Of a DNA stretch of 64,000 nt, positions 40,141-55,555 are shown in pieces; the first letter of the stretch is position 1; every line of letters begins with the position of its first letter. This DNA is from Octopus vulgaris. Taxonomy: Eukaryota. The position numbers and the translations under genes were made by a program. The notes under the pieces were generated by a model. That model was given only the letters and a program-made list of their open reading frames with translations, was not told the origin of the DNA and made no database searches. The DNA lies in NCBI GenBank assembly GCA_951406725.2, contig OX597830.1:55738001-55802000 (forward strand), given 5' to 3'.

Positions 40141-40565
40141 AACTCTGTTCAGTTCAACTAATACTGTGGATATTATCCAACGATCTCGTACCCTAGGTTG
40201 AAGAATCCGTCTTGCTACAATATGCATACATACATACATACATGCATACATACATACATACACGCATACACACACATCCATCCATCCATCCATACATACA
40301 TACATACATACATACATACATACATACATACATACATACATACATACATACATACACACATCGGAGGGTGATGAGAAATCATCCCGGCAGCAGCTAGCGA
40401 AAATGCTAGAGGCATTTCGGCTTTGTTGCGCCTTGTCAGTGATGGGCAATCGCAGTCATTAGCGGGACGATTTACCGTATCCATTTGATACATGTTGTGT
40501 TTGTAATACAGAATGTGTATATGAGAATTTATCTCGGACGAAACGATCTTATTATTATCATTATT

Positions 40566-41096
40566 GAGTAAGAGAGCAGTGCATGCCACCAAAGTGACAC
40601 TGGGGTAAAATGTACGGAAGTCCAGTATACCCATCATGGCTACCTGTCTGATAAGGATACACCAGACACATTCATCACGACCATATGTGCGCGACATAAA
40701 CAGCGCATGACCTTCCAGGTGAGACCCAGTTAGAATTTTCTTCGGGTCGAGTAGCCCATCCCGCTCAAAAGGTCCCTGAATAAGGGTTGCTTAAGGATGT
40801 TGAACGAAACGACCATGTTTCCAAAGGAAAATTATCCAAACCCCCAAATTTCCTCTCAACCCATAGCTATGATGCTCCCCCACTACTTCGTGATTAGAGA
40901 TGCACATATCGTCAGCCATTAAGGGCCATGCTCAACTGGTTATGGTCAAGCAACTGACCAGAAAATCTGTGTTACTGAGCAGAATATTTGCTGTAGCCCA
41001 TCTTTTATACCAAGACAAAACAATGTACATGATAACACTTTCAATCACTTAAGATCAAAAGACATGAGAGCCACTGCCTGGTACTGCCTCAGGGCA
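40566..41096 (-). mobile_element. ~530-bp repeat, copy 4
   Basis: Reverse complement of 34584-35131; (ATT/ATC)n flanks. Confidence 0.85.
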
Positions 41097-41119
41097 TTAT
41101 CATCATCATCATCATCATC

Positions 41120-41150
<31 letters not shown>

Positions 41151-41151
41151 T

Positions 41152-41458
41152 TCTATGTTTGACTTTTGCTTTATATTTGTACAAGTTGGCTCCAAGTCTC
41201 ACCCAGAGACCTCAAGAGACAACAGGGTTGGAAGTTCATGTTGTTATGCCTAGTGTGCCATATATTTGGGGGGGTGGGGTGTTGTACTAATGAATGTCTA
41301 AAAAAAAAGCTGTTTTTTTTTTTAAACCGAAAATTATGTTTGTTTTAAACCTTGAGATTACATAGAAAGTATTTTGCGTAGGATATGAGCAGTTCCCATG
41401 AGCACTATCTTTTGAATTTCTGCCATTTTTGGGTTTCCTGGTATCTGAGTTAGGTAGC

Positions 41459-41459
<1 letters not shown>
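41152..41459 (-). mobile_element. RLE LINE 3' end in (ATT)n
   Basis: SYLTQIPGNPKMAEIQKIVLMGTAHILRKILSM* plus UTR. Confidence 0.8.
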
Positions 41460-41519
<60 letters not shown>

Positions 41520-41560
41520 ATTATTATTATTATAATTATTATTATTATCATTATGATTAA

Positions 41561-41631
<71 letters not shown>

Positions 41632-41975
41632 TATAAAAACTCACAGCTTATTTTGCTGAGTATGATGGAAAGTGTCAGCTGTCCACAGCCAGCAGACCAA
41701 GATGACACTTGTTTATTGATCATGCTTCAAGAACCCTGTGAAGAATTCTTGCAGTTCCAAGATTTTTGTAGGTGTTCTACCTTCACACTTGCACTAATCT
41801 TTTTCAGCCATGTTGGTAGTTGAGTGCTGATACTTCCAAGTATACCAATTACTATTGGTATCGTGTCTACTCTCTTCATTGACCACAACCTTCGTATTTC
41901 CCACTTCAAATCGTCATAGTTGTTTATTTTTTCTTCTTTTACATTGATCCTGTTGTCACCGGGGCATGCTCTGCC
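41632..41975 (-). mobile_element. RLE LINE 3' end (same family as 1561-1712)
   Basis: ACPGDNRINVKEEKINNYDDLKWEIRRLW..PIVIGILG..EHLQKS. Confidence 0.82.
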
Positions 41976-41994
41976 GATTATCGTATTATTATTA

Positions 41995-42050
<56 letters not shown>

Positions 42051-42052
<2 letters not shown>

Positions 42053-42265
42053 GGCGGTGAGCTACCAGAATCGTTAGCACGCCGGGCAAAATGCTTAGCG
42101 GTATTTCGTCTGCCGTTACGTTCTGAGTTCAAATTCCGCCGAGGTCGACTTTGCCTTTCATCCTTTCGGGGTCGATAAATTAAGTACCGGTTGCCTACTG
42201 AGGTCGATCTAATTGACTGATCCCCTCCCACCAAATTTTAGATCTTGTGCTTATAGTAGAAAAGA
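42051..42265 (+). mobile_element. Full-length SINE C in (ATT)n
   Basis: AAGGCGGTGAGCT..GAGTTCAAATTCC..tail AGATTATTATT. Confidence 0.88.
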
Positions 42266-42338
42266 TTATTATTATTATTATTATTATTATTAATATTATT
42301 ATTATTATTATTATTATCATTATTATTATTATTATTAT

Positions 42339-42399
<61 letters not shown>

Positions 42400-42400
<1 letters not shown>

Positions 42401-42872
42401 TTTACTTTTAACTGCATGTTTGTTACAATCATTTGTTGAGACACACCCAGCGTCCTAGGGCGAGTGAAAGATAAGAGATATTACAATATGGCTGAAAGCT
42501 TGGGGGGGGGAGTGGCGGGGCTGTAGCGAAATATTTTCATGTAATGCAACACAGACATTTAAATGGATAGGTTTTTTTCCAATGATGTGGGCGGTACTTG
42601 TCAGCACAATCTTTTGGATTTCTCTGAGACATGGTTCTCCTGGGATGTTTTCTGGATGTTTCTGACATCCTTTTCTTATCATACCTAGGGCCCCCACAAT
42701 AACAGGAACAGTTCTCACTTTAAGATACCACATCTTTTGTATTTCAATTTCCAGGTCCTTATATTTACTGAATTTGTCAAATTCCTTTACATATATATTT
42801 TTATCAGTGGGAATACTTATATCTATTAGTCTACAAGTATTTGCCTCTGTCTTTAATGACTATGTCTGATCG
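42400..42872 (-). mobile_element. RLE LINE 3' end, further family
   Basis: RSDIVIK..CRLIDISIP..KYKDLEIEIQKMW..PVIVGALG..EIQKIVLTSTAHI. Confidence 0.82.
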
Positions 42873-43314
42873 TGACATTTTTACCTTCAACTACTAGCTC
42901 AGGGTGGTGTTCATACCAGTAAGCAAGTGGTGATGGTGGAAGGGGGCTGCGGCGGTGAGGATAATGGCAGCACTGTTACTGTTATTGTTCTCGTTGGTAA
43001 CGGTGGTGGTGGGGGGTAATGGTAGGGATAGTGGTGCTACTGTTGTTGTTATTGTTGGTTAGAAACGATGGGACGGTAATGTCGGTGAATTTTGCCAGTG
43101 CTGGTGGCGATGGTGGTGTTAGTGGTGAGGTGGGATTGCAACAAGAGCTGCGGTTGTGGTGTTACACAGGTGACGATGGGGTTAGCAGATAAAGTGTCAT
43201 TTTAATGGATTTACGCTTTTACAGCTGTTAGAAAATTAGTTTTTAATTGCGTATACGAGTGTATATATATACGTCTATAGGTGTACACGCGTGTAGCTGA
43301 GTATGCTGTGCTAC

Positions 43315-43360
<46 letters not shown>

Positions 43361-43663
43361 TGTGCATTTGTGCTATTGTATTTTGTGTGTTACAGTGTGC
43401 CCATGTGCTATTGTGTGTGTGTACGCGTGTGTGCATGAGTGTGCACGTACACACGTGTGTATACGTTTATATGTGTGCATGTGCGTGGCTCTGTGAACAT
43501 ATGCGTGGTTATGTTATATGTGTGTTGTTAGGTGTCTGTGTGTGTGTGTGCTATTGAAGTGTATGTCTGTGTGTCTGGTCACGAAAATATCTATGAGAAC
43601 GAATTACCAATAAACATACATACATACATACATACATACATACATACATACATACATACATGC

Positions 43664-43771
<108 letters not shown>

Positions 43772-44446
43772 TTGGGCTATGCCGATTAAAGCACAATCGC
43801 CGTTTAGGCTACCTGATGTCAACCAGTTTTGATATAAGTGTCACTGGGTTTACGTTAGGAATTCTGCTTCGTTCGTTGAATTTATAATGAACGAGGGAGA
43901 CGGAAAATGGAGTTTGCAAGAATCTTTATTCAACACGTCGATCGTTTCGATCCATCTTGCATCTGTCGCTTACGGGTGGGATACTGTACAGTTACTTGTG
44001 TTGCACCCACCAGTGCAGAATGCATAATCCAGGCAACTGAGAATGAAAAGATCTTCGTAGGATGAATGTGGTTTCCTATTCCTTGTTCTGAATGATCTCA
44101 GAATTCAACCAACTATTCCGTTGAACTCTCGCAGAAAACTAAAGAATCGCTCTATATATTTTTGTAGAAAAACGCATTTATTAAACCGTTACACGAAGTG
44201 AAATGGCAGTGACTTTGAAGTTTTGACCCGCTAGCATTTGTCGGACAGTCCGAGGAAGGCTTGCAGGTTGAAACTACGAAGTCACAATAACCCCTCCTCT
44301 AAGAAAATTCATGTGTGTGTGAATATTTATATATATGAAATTGAGAGCTAAGTCACTCTACTGAGATGTACTACTTAGGTAGTGTGCGTTCATATGCATG
44401 TATACATACATATTATACACACCCACACACAGAGATGCACACACAC

Positions 44447-44484
<38 letters not shown>

Positions 44485-44845
44485 CATGTAATATTACTGT
44501 ATCACATAACATTGGGCTACGCTAAAAACAACAACCCTCTGACGACGAATGCTAACCATATTGGATGCGAAACGTTGCAGCTTTCACGTTGAGCCGCAAC
44601 TCTTGTCCCCACCGCCCTATCTTATCCTCACCCAGCCTCCACTCCCCTGCATCACATTACTCTCCACCACCACCACCACCACCATACTATTATATCATCA
44701 CACCATCCTATTTTATTTATTATTTTGCTCTCACTTTCCTCTCGCCTTCATCTTAATAGATTCCCCAAATGAATCTCTGCATGTTACATAAAGCTGCGAG
44801 TCGAGGCGCATATACATGTACGCGTATGCGTGTATGTATGTGTGC

Positions 44846-44880
<35 letters not shown>

Positions 44881-44932
44881 GTTTTGTCTGTGTGTATTTT
44901 ATAGTTGTGTGATTGTGTGTAATTGTATGTGG

Positions 44933-44972
<40 letters not shown>

Positions 44973-45238
44973 GTAGTTGTGTGTGTCTGTATGCGTACAT
45001 GCAAACGTATAAGTGCATGTATGTGTGTAAAAGAAAGTGGTGGAGGTGGTGTTGTTGGTAGTGGTGGTGATGGTGGTGTTGGTGTGTGTGAGTGGGTGTG
45101 TATCTGTGTGTGTGTAGATAAACATGTATGCGTGTGTGTGTGTGTGTGTGTGCGTCTGTGTATTTACATGTTCCCATGTGTGTGTACGTATATGCACGCG
45201 GGTTTGCGTGTGTGTGAGAAAGATAGAGAGAGAGAGAG

Positions 45239-45277
<39 letters not shown>

Positions 45278-45456
45278 ATCTGTGTGTCTGTGTGAGTGTG
45301 TGTGAATGAATGCATGTCGCAGTTCCTGTATAAGTATGGTTGCACCTTAAGTAGTGCTTACGTACGTTTGTACGCGTAGCTATCGAAGAGTGTATGTATT
45401 TGTACATGTATGAATGTATAAATATATAAACACACAGATACATAACATATATATAT

Positions 45457-45491
<35 letters not shown>

Positions 45492-45501
45492 CATACATAC
45501 A

Positions 45502-45535
<34 letters not shown>

Positions 45536-45550
45536 CAAACATACATATAT

Positions 45551-45597
<47 letters not shown>

Positions 45598-45655
45598 TGT
45601 ATACATGGATATATATATATATATACACACACATATGATATATATACATATATAC

Positions 45656-45755
<100 letters not shown>

Positions 45756-45758
45756 ATA

Positions 45759-45962
45759 CTTTATTTAAAAGCAGCAGAAATTCAACAAAACCTGTTACTC
45801 GGAGTTTCACTGTCCCGTTCGTCGAATTGTCTGACGAACGGGAACGTGAAACTCCGAATAACAGGTTTTGTTGAATTTTTGCTGCTTTTAAATAAAGCAT
45901 ATTACTCTACCCATGGTATTTGAGTAGTCTTTTTTCCACCTTGTTTCACATTTATGTGTTTC

Positions 45963-45963
<1 letters not shown>
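45759..45963 (+). mobile_element. Short element with inverted 5' arm and compact hammerhead (45828-45863)
   Basis: Arms ~45759-45822 and 45833-45897; TGT-CTGACGA-ACG GGAA CGT-GAAAC-TCCGA-(A/G)TA-ACA; homologue at 55334-55480. Confidence 0.7.
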
Positions 45964-46010
<47 letters not shown>

Positions 46011-46075
46011 TTTAAATAATAATAATATAAACACAAATATATATGTAGTATATATGTATGTGTTTATATATTATT

Positions 46076-46154
<79 letters not shown>

Positions 46155-46199
46155 CATACATATATATATATATTTGTGTTTATATTATTATTATTTAAA

Positions 46200-46299
<100 letters not shown>

Positions 46300-46479
46300 A
46301 AACACATAAATATAAACAAGGTGAAAAAGATACTCAAATACCATGGTATACATAGATAATTTAAAAAAAAAAATGTTATAGTTTCACGTTCCCGTTCGTC
46401 AGACAATTCGACGAACGGGACAGTGAAACTCCGAGTAATGCAGGTTTTGTTGAATTTCTGCTGCTTTTAAATAAAGTAT

Positions 46480-46557
<78 letters not shown>

Positions 46558-46857
46558 GTATATATGTATATATATCATATGTGTGTGTATATATATATAT
46601 ATATATCCATGTATACATACATACATATATATATATGTATACATACATACATGGCCACAGTGAAATGACTGAAACAAGTAAAAGAATAAAAGAGATAGCA
46701 TTCACCTCTATTACTACAACTAATACATACATAATACATACATATACATATATATATATTATACATACATACATACATACATACATATACATATATATAT
46801 ATTATACATACAACAAAAAAAAAAAAAAACACATATACATATACATATATAATATAT

Positions 46858-47257
<400 letters not shown>

Positions 47258-47361
47258 GACAAATTGATGGTAAATAATTGTTGGTTACATACCGAAATTT
47301 ACCGGTAAATAATTGTTGGTTACATGAAAAACCACAGAAAATTATTTACCATTTTTATTGC

Positions 47362-47450
<89 letters not shown>

Positions 47451-47905
47451 GTATGTATGTATGTATAACATATATGTTTGGGGATGAAGATGTCTATCTA
47501 TGTGCGTTTGATGCTACGGGATTCGGTGGACCAGATACTGTCGGCACAGCCTTCCCCCACCCCACCCCCACCCACCCCCATCATCCCCGAGCGCGTTTGC
47601 GTCGAAAGGAAATGGGGTGGTGGGGGAAAGTGTTGGGTTGGCAGAGACCACCCTGGAAATGAAAGAAGTGATGTGTAAGGGAGGAGGGAGAGGAAGAACG
47701 CGCGCGTGTTTACGGACATGGAAACGAACTGATATCGTCCTAAAATAATACCGGCAGAGCGAGATATGACGAACAAAGGAAATCTGTAGGATGTTGAAGA
47801 GGTGGAGCGCTTCACGAAAGCAACTGGGTTAGGAATCTAATATGCATCGCCTAAGCACCAAAAGGGAGAGAAAATAGGAAGCTATTAACAAATGAGGCGA
47901 CTGCA

Positions 47906-48442
47906 GACTTTCGGAAACATTTCTTCACGCTCAGAGTTGCTGAAGCATGGAATAAACTGCCTGCGTCAGTTGTTGACTGCCATGACACTGCATCCTTTAA
48001 GGCCCTCATGCTTTCCGAAATCCGTCGAAACTACACCTGATTATATACTCTTTTATAATTTTTCTTGTTTCAGTCATTTGACTGCGGCCATGCTGGAGCA
48101 CCACCTTTTAGTACTTATTCTATCGGTCTCTTTTTGCCGAACCGCTAGGTGACGGGGACGCAAACACACCAGCATCGGTTGTCAAGCAATGCTAGGGGGA
48201 CAAACACAGACACACAAACACACACACATATACATATATGTACATATATACGACAGGCTTCTTTCAGTTTCCGTCTACCAAATCCACTCACAAGGCATTG
48301 GTCGGCCCGGGGCTATAGCGGAAGACACTTGCCCAAGATGCCACGCAGTGGGACTGAACCCGCAACCGTGTGGTTGGTTAGCAAGCTACTTACCACACAG
48401 CCACTAGATGAGTTGTAGTGCACCTGAGCACTGTACACAATG

Positions 48443-48473
<31 letters not shown>
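47906..48473 (+). mobile_element. 5'-truncated copy of the CR1 LINE 3' end, split by a SINE A (48049-48404, minus)
   Basis: 47906-48048 and 48405-48440 match the reverse complement of 13934-14119; (ATT)n tail. Confidence 0.9.
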
Positions 48474-48474
<1 letters not shown>

Positions 48475-48798
48475 GTCACCATGATCACCGTGACCGACCA
48501 GGCTATCAGATGTTGCTGCACATCGCTGGTCACAATGCGCTTCGCATTGTTTTTAGCCTTCAAATGACTCCCCCCTCCCCGGCTGGCTAAGCGAGCAGGC
48601 TAACAGAAGAAAGAGTGAGAGAAAGTTGTTCGCGAAAGAGTACAGCAGGGATCGCCACCCCCACCCCCTGCCGGAGCCTCCTGGAGCTTTAAGCGTTTTC
48701 GCTCAATAAACACTCACAACGCCCGGTCTGGGAATCGAAACCGCGATCCTACGACCGCGCGAGTCCGCTGCCCTAACCACTGGGCCATGCGCCTCCAC
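48475..48798 (-). mobile_element. SINE B head with a third tail type
   Basis: B head 48606-48798; 48475-48605 is unrelated to the other tails. Confidence 0.7.
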
Positions 48799-49142
48799 AT
48801 GGTAGATGTATACGAGAGAAAGACCAATGTTGAGGGCGAAGAGCAATTTGTCGTCAAACAGCTGATGCACAGTTTGAGTAATTATGGACGCATTCAGTTT
48901 GGAGAATGTTAAAGGAATATTTATCTCTCTCTAGAAATGATGTAGCGTTTACGGCGGCGGCGGCGGCGGAAACTGGAGTTTCAAGATTTTCGGTAAACAG
49001 AATAACCAAAGCGTGCAGTGACCTCGTTTTTGTAACGAAGGGAATGAGCCGCGTTGCGTTTCTTCCTGAAGAGCAGCGTATCTGTAGTCCCCACTCCGAC
49101 GAATACTCATCTATTAGATTGTAGTAATAGAGGTGAATGCTA

Positions 49143-49636
49143 TCTCTTTTATTCTTTTACTTGTTTCAGTCATTTCACTGTGGCCATGCTGGAGCACCGC
49201 CTCTAGTCGAGCAAACCGACACCAGGACTTATTCTTTGTAAGCCTAGTACTTATTCTATCGGTCTCTTTTGCCGAACCGCTAAGTTACGGCGACGTAAAC
49301 ACACCAGCATCGGTTGTCAAGCGATGTTGGGTGGGAGTGACAAAAACACACACACACAAACATATGCATACACACACACAGACACACAAACATATATATA
49401 TATATGACAGGCTTCTTTCAGTTTCCGTCTACCAAATCCACTCACAAGGCTTTGGTCGGCTAGAGGCTATAGTAGAAGATACTTGTCCAAAGTCCCCGTA
49501 ACTTAGCTGTTCGGCAAGAGAGGCCGATAGAATAAGTACTAGGCTTACAAAGAATAAGTTCTGGGGGCGATTTGCTCAACTAAAGGCGGTGCTCCAGCAC
49601 GGCCGCAGTCAAATGACTGAAACAAATAAAAGAATA
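49143..49636. mobile_element. Two oppositely oriented partial SINE A copies
   Basis: Minus 49143-49491; plus 3' half 49492-49636. Confidence 0.8.
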
Positions 49637-49674
49637 GGATAGTGGAACAACAATGCACCAATATTTTTTCTTTG

Positions 49675-49728
<54 letters not shown>

Positions 49729-49823
49729 ACACAACCACATACACACATACACTTAATCATGTTTTAGATATTTTTTAAAAGCCATCTTACAGAACACTAG
49801 GTCTTTTTTCGCAGAACCAGCCT

Positions 49824-50249
49824 GGGATCTTTTCGGTTTGAACGGCAGTTTTTTCTAGCAGTGTCATATGAAATTGTCGCCCATAATTATGACCCTAGTA
49901 TCGATCTATTGCATTTCAATCTGTTTTAGGGTTAGGGTTAGTTAGGGTTAGGGGTGGGGGAAGAGTATTTTTTTTCTTCACAAATGTAAATAAACCCAAT
50001 CTGTTTCTTAAACGAGGGACATATTCATACGGCACAGAATGTTTTCACCTCAATAGACGTCAGTGATTGGTTGAAATTGCAGAAATTGAAGAAAAAAAAC
50101 AACAAATATCTTTAAAACTATAGAATTTTCTCAATAAAGCCAAGAGAAAAAGATGTTTTATAAACACATTCTACCAGTATACGAAGTTTAAAATTTTTTA
50201 GTTACCTAGAAATTATGTTAAAAACTGTCGTTCAAACAGAAAAGATCCC
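49824..50249. mobile_element. MITE with ~31-bp TIRs
   Basis: GGGATCTTTTCGGTTTGAACGGCAGTTTTT / AAAAACTGTCGTTCAAACAGAAAAGATCCC; flanks AACCAGCCT / CCCCAGCCT; internal TTAGGG units. Confidence 0.85.
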
Positions 50250-50514
50250 CCCCAGCCTGGTATGTAGGCGTCCCGTCACCATTTCGTCTCTATTCATATT
50301 TTCCATAGGAATATCAAATTACTGGACTTCGAACTCTGGCGACAATTTAACATCAATACCTATTTCTTTATTCATTTATTTTTAACATCAATACCTGTTG
50401 CTGGTTTGGTCTCAAAGACATTCCTTTCTTTGATCAAAATTTAAAAGGAAAATAAGGAAGACAAAAAAATTAATTCTATATATGTATGTATATATGTGTG
50501 TGTTTGCGGCGCGT

Positions 50515-50912
<398 letters not shown>

Positions 50913-51247
50913 ATGTAACGAATTCTGAACACTTTATAAAGTAACTTCTATTGAAATATTTTTCAAGACGATAAACTGGTTAAACGTCTTTTTAATACAT
51001 CGGATTTCTATGGGTCGCATTGGCAACTGCAGTGATGAGTAAAAATGCAAGCATAAAGTAGATTTCAGCCCATTTCAAATTATACAAGCGCATGTCTATC
51101 AAAGAATGTCTGTTTAAAGAGAACGGGTTTTTACAACAATAACAACAAAACAAAAATAGAGAAATAGAGAGATAGAAAAAACATCAACACAAAATGTACA
51201 ATTTAAGAGTAATTTTATTTTAGTGGGAAGTGCTGTGAGTGTGGGTA

Positions 51248-51293
<46 letters not shown>

Positions 51294-51455
51294 GTATGTG
51301 TGTATATATATATATATGTGTGTGTGTATGTATGTACACACACTCATATATACACATATATACATACTTATACATATACATCTATATATATGTATATACA
51401 CACACGCACACACATATATATGTGTTCTATATATATATATATATATGTGTGTGTG

Positions 51456-51513
<58 letters not shown>

Positions 51514-51916
51514 ATATATGCGCTTCCTTTGCTTCTATGAAGATCGTTTTTCTATGACACTCCCAGTAAATAAACAGTCTATGTTGGTGAAAATATTTAT
51601 GGACTATACAGTCGAAGAATCTGTGTGTGTGTGTGTTTTGTGTATGTGTGTGTGTGTGAGTGTGTATGTGTGTGTATGTGTGTTTTAATAGGTTGAACAG
51701 TAACAAAAGTGACTCAAAGGCCAAGGGTTTCCCGTGTGGTTCTTGGCAGCCAATTAAATTATATATTTATACTTACTCATGTATTGAGTTCTATTTCTTC
51801 TGTTTATTCCATCAACATATGTACATACATACATGCATATATATATATATATATATATATATACACGCACAGATATATATGCATGCATATTATGTGTGTG
51901 TGCATGTGTGTTGTAC

Positions 51917-52200
<284 letters not shown>

Positions 52201-52261
52201 GTATGTATATATATATATATATATATAACTGTGTGTGTGTATTTATATATATATATATCTG

Positions 52262-52302
<41 letters not shown>

Positions 52303-52304
52303 AT

Positions 52305-52800
52305 AAGTAAATAAATGGAGTTGAACGCAGATGTTATTCAAATTCTTTTACTTTCGACATATGTTTCGAAGACAACATTGGGGTTTTTTTCCAAAGCAAT
52401 AAACGGTGTAAAATAATGTAATCCTCTTATCAGGAAAGAAAGAAAACCCATCTCAACAACAAGACATTATAGCAATTTTGATGACTGCATAAATGATAAA
52501 CAGAACGCTATTAAGTATTTTAAAAAATAACCGTCAAAGGCAGACCATAGAAAGAGAAAGGGCAAAGAAATAATAAGTAGAGAACAAATAAAGGAGAAAT
52601 ATAGAGTGATATGTTGGTTGAAAAAATGTTCAAAGGCTTGGAAGTAGATTTCTCTATTGAAGTAAAGTGCAAGGTGAACTAAATGTTCAAACTATACAGA
52701 CTGGTATAAATCACTTATATGAGCTAAGGTTATGTTTCTGCCAGTGCTTACATTTGTAAGATCGCTCTATAAGTGTGTTAACAAGGTGATTCTTAGAGAA
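52305..52800 (-). mobile_element. PLE 3' end with decayed hammerhead (52351-52438)
   Basis: NHLVNTLIERSYKCKHWQKHNLSSYK*, homologous to ORF 60376-60915; CTTTC-CTGATAA-GAGGAT..GTCTTC-GAAAC-ATAT-GTC-GAAAG. Confidence 0.8.
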
Positions 52801-52898
52801 GAGAAGAGGTGATTAGTACCAAGGGGGCGGGGATAATTACACTATGCATAGTTTAAATTTAAACTATCCTCTATTATTATCTTCAATTTACCTATGTT

Positions 52899-52967
<69 letters not shown>

Positions 52968-53179
52968 ATTATATAATATAAGTAATATTTAATTCATTTA
53001 TTTATTTAAATTATTTATTTATATAGTCTGTTCAAGTGCTGTAGAAATAAAATTTTGTGGATATTTGATTCAGGGGTCGGGGTTCAGTATTTCATTTTAT
53101 TGAAGGTAAAATTACTTAACTCCACGTTCATCATATGTGTTTAATAATTCATCTCTAGACTGTAGTAGTTTTATAAATT

Positions 53180-54100
53180 ATGTTAATAAATTATGCATAA
53201 TAAACACATTTTATTCCCAATATTATAGGAGTGGAATCTACCTATTATACCCCAATTAAGGGTGTACTCTCTTTTTCTAGATTTCAATTCACATATATAT
53301 TTACTTTAGCCTGTAGACTTACCTAAATTAGGAATTTTGAAGGTCTGGTAGTGTTGGGATATTCTTTTTTTAATTTTATTAACTGTTGATCCAATATAAG
53401 CCTTATTTATAATTTTATCATTATTGTTCTTAGAGCTTACTATACATTTAAAAATTACTTGATTAATATTACAATTATTAGAGTGCTTACATTTAGTCTT
53501 ATCACAACATGAATATTTTTCTATCTGTTGATTAAGACTCCCATCACTATTGGTAATATTATGGCTAGAGCTATTATTTATTGTGCTATTATAATAATTA
53601 TTTAATTTCTCATTATTTATAAAGGAAATGATATTACCTACATTTCTCGATGTTGAATATCCCACTCTTATGGTTTTATTGGAAAATATATTTGAATAAC
53701 TGTTGTCCTTCGTAAAAACCATTTTTACTATTTTAAGTGTCTTCTTAATAATATTAGTCATCACTTGAGCCCCATACGGAATAATAAACCATATAATATC
53801 CTTCTAATTTCTATATTTTTATATTATCACTATTAGACATCATCGGTATTAAATTGTTGTTTTTAGGTATATTATATCTCTGCTTGTATAATTTACTATA
53901 TTTCTTACTATTGCTCATATTCTCATTACTAACATTACTATTATTATTGTAATCATTAATAACAACTATATTGTTTTTATCTATATTTAGTTTGTTGTAT
54001 TGTCTTTTATTATTATTCATATTTTTACTGTTAGAATTATTATTAGTTTTATTAGGATTATTTGTTGTTATTATTATTAATGTGTTCGTAGCAATTATAG
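53180..54100 (-). pseudogene. PLE fragment (linker and GIY-YIG endonuclease)
   Basis: IWFIIPYG, IRVGYST, QVIFKC..AYIGST..KKRISQH. Confidence 0.8.
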
Positions 54101-54170
<70 letters not shown>

Positions 54171-54218
54171 AATCAATAAATGGTGGGGTTGTGTTGACCG
54201 CACGTGGAGAAATGATAG

Positions 54219-54708
54219 GCATGACATCAAAGTGACACTAGGGTAAAATATACGAATCCCAGTATACCCATCGTGACTACCCGTCTGATAAGGGTACACT
54301 AGGCACATGCATCACAACCATATGTGCGTGACATGGTGATCTCATATCAAGATAAGCAGCACATCACCTTGCAGGTAGGGCCCAGTTAGAATTTTCTTCG
54401 GGTCAAGTAACCCATCCCGCTCAAAAGGTCCCTGAATAAGGGTTGTTTAAGGATGTTGAACGAAACACCCATGTTTCCAGAAGTGAATTATTCAAACCCC
54501 AAAGAATACTTCTCAACACATGGCTATGATGCCCCCCACTACTTCTGCTCGTGATCAGAGATGCACATTTCGTCAGCCACTAAGGAACATGGTCAACTGG
54601 TTAAGGTCAAACAATTGACAAGCAAATCTGTGGTATTGAGCGGAATATTTGCTGTAACCCATCTTTTATACCAAGACAAAACAATGTACATGATAACACT
54701 TCCAATCA
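54219..54708 (-). mobile_element. ~530-bp repeat, copy 5
   Basis: Reverse complement of 1814-2302. Confidence 0.85.
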
Positions 54709-54725
54709 TTATTATTATTGTTGCT

Positions 54726-54757
<32 letters not shown>

Positions 54758-54769
54758 TGCTGCTATTCG

Positions 54770-54774
54770 GGTGA

Positions 54775-54857
<83 letters not shown>

Positions 54858-54859
54858 GT

Positions 54860-54924
<65 letters not shown>

Positions 54925-55104
54925 AACATCGAAAAATATCATAAGAATGAGAACCCAGGTTTGAAATTTCTCCAAGACACCTGAAGAAGGCTGGAGGGTA
55001 TATCAACCGAAACGTAGTGTTGACAACAAAGAAGAGGACAAATATCCGTCAAATGTAATAATGTGAATAATGTACATAAATCCTCATCTCTTAAATATAG
55101 AACT
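54770..55104 (+). mobile_element. tRNA/(AAT)n/hammerhead family member; HHR 54976-55021
   Basis: GTGACCTGAA-(AAT)n-AACATCGAAAAATA..GACAC-CTGAAGA-AGG..CC-GAAAC-GTA|GTGTT. Confidence 0.75.
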
Positions 55105-55107
55105 ATT

Positions 55108-55260
55108 ATTTCTCTCCTTTTTTTCTGTGTCCCTTTCCGTAGAAGAGCGTGGGCTCGAAGCGTGAAAGACTTTTTCTACTCCTGGGCGTTATATTAATAC
55201 ATCTGTTTGTTTTATACACCACCTGTCTTCGTCTTTTGCTTTTTTTTGTGAACTCTCCCT
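55108..55260 (+). mobile_element. PLE tail family E with decayed minimal HHR
   Basis: Reverse complement of 57262-57400 and 59040-59200. Confidence 0.7.
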
Positions 55261-55313
55261 ATATATATATATATATATATATATAGACATGTATGTATAT
55301 ATAAACCTATATA

Positions 55314-55333
<20 letters not shown>

Positions 55334-55355
<22 letters not shown>

Positions 55356-55479
55356 GGAGTAAACACATAAATGTGAAACAAGGTGGAAAAAAGAGTACTC
55401 AAATACCAGTGGTAGAGTAATGTGCTTTATTTAAAGCAGCAGAAAATTCAACAAAATCTGTTCTGCTGCTTTAAATAAA

Positions 55480-55480
<1 letters not shown>
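55334..55480 (-). mobile_element. Copy of the 45759 family with a short inverted arm, in (TA)n
   Basis: CTTTATTTAAAGCAGCAG / CTGCTGCTTTAAATAAAG. Confidence 0.75.

Positions 55481-55555
<75 letters not shown>

Noticed and set aside
40401-40440. Minus-strand CTGACAA-GGC..GCC-GAAATGC
   Set aside because: G8 lost and no convincing stem I
43935-44062. Possible minus-strand hammerhead (CTACGAA-GATC..GATC-GAAACGATCGAC)
   Set aside because: Core and cleavage triplet both broken; at most a decayed relic
48800-49110. Possible host exon in a non-repetitive island (also 47640-47860 and 56700-57050)
   Set aside because: No recognisable protein or convincing splice-bounded frame
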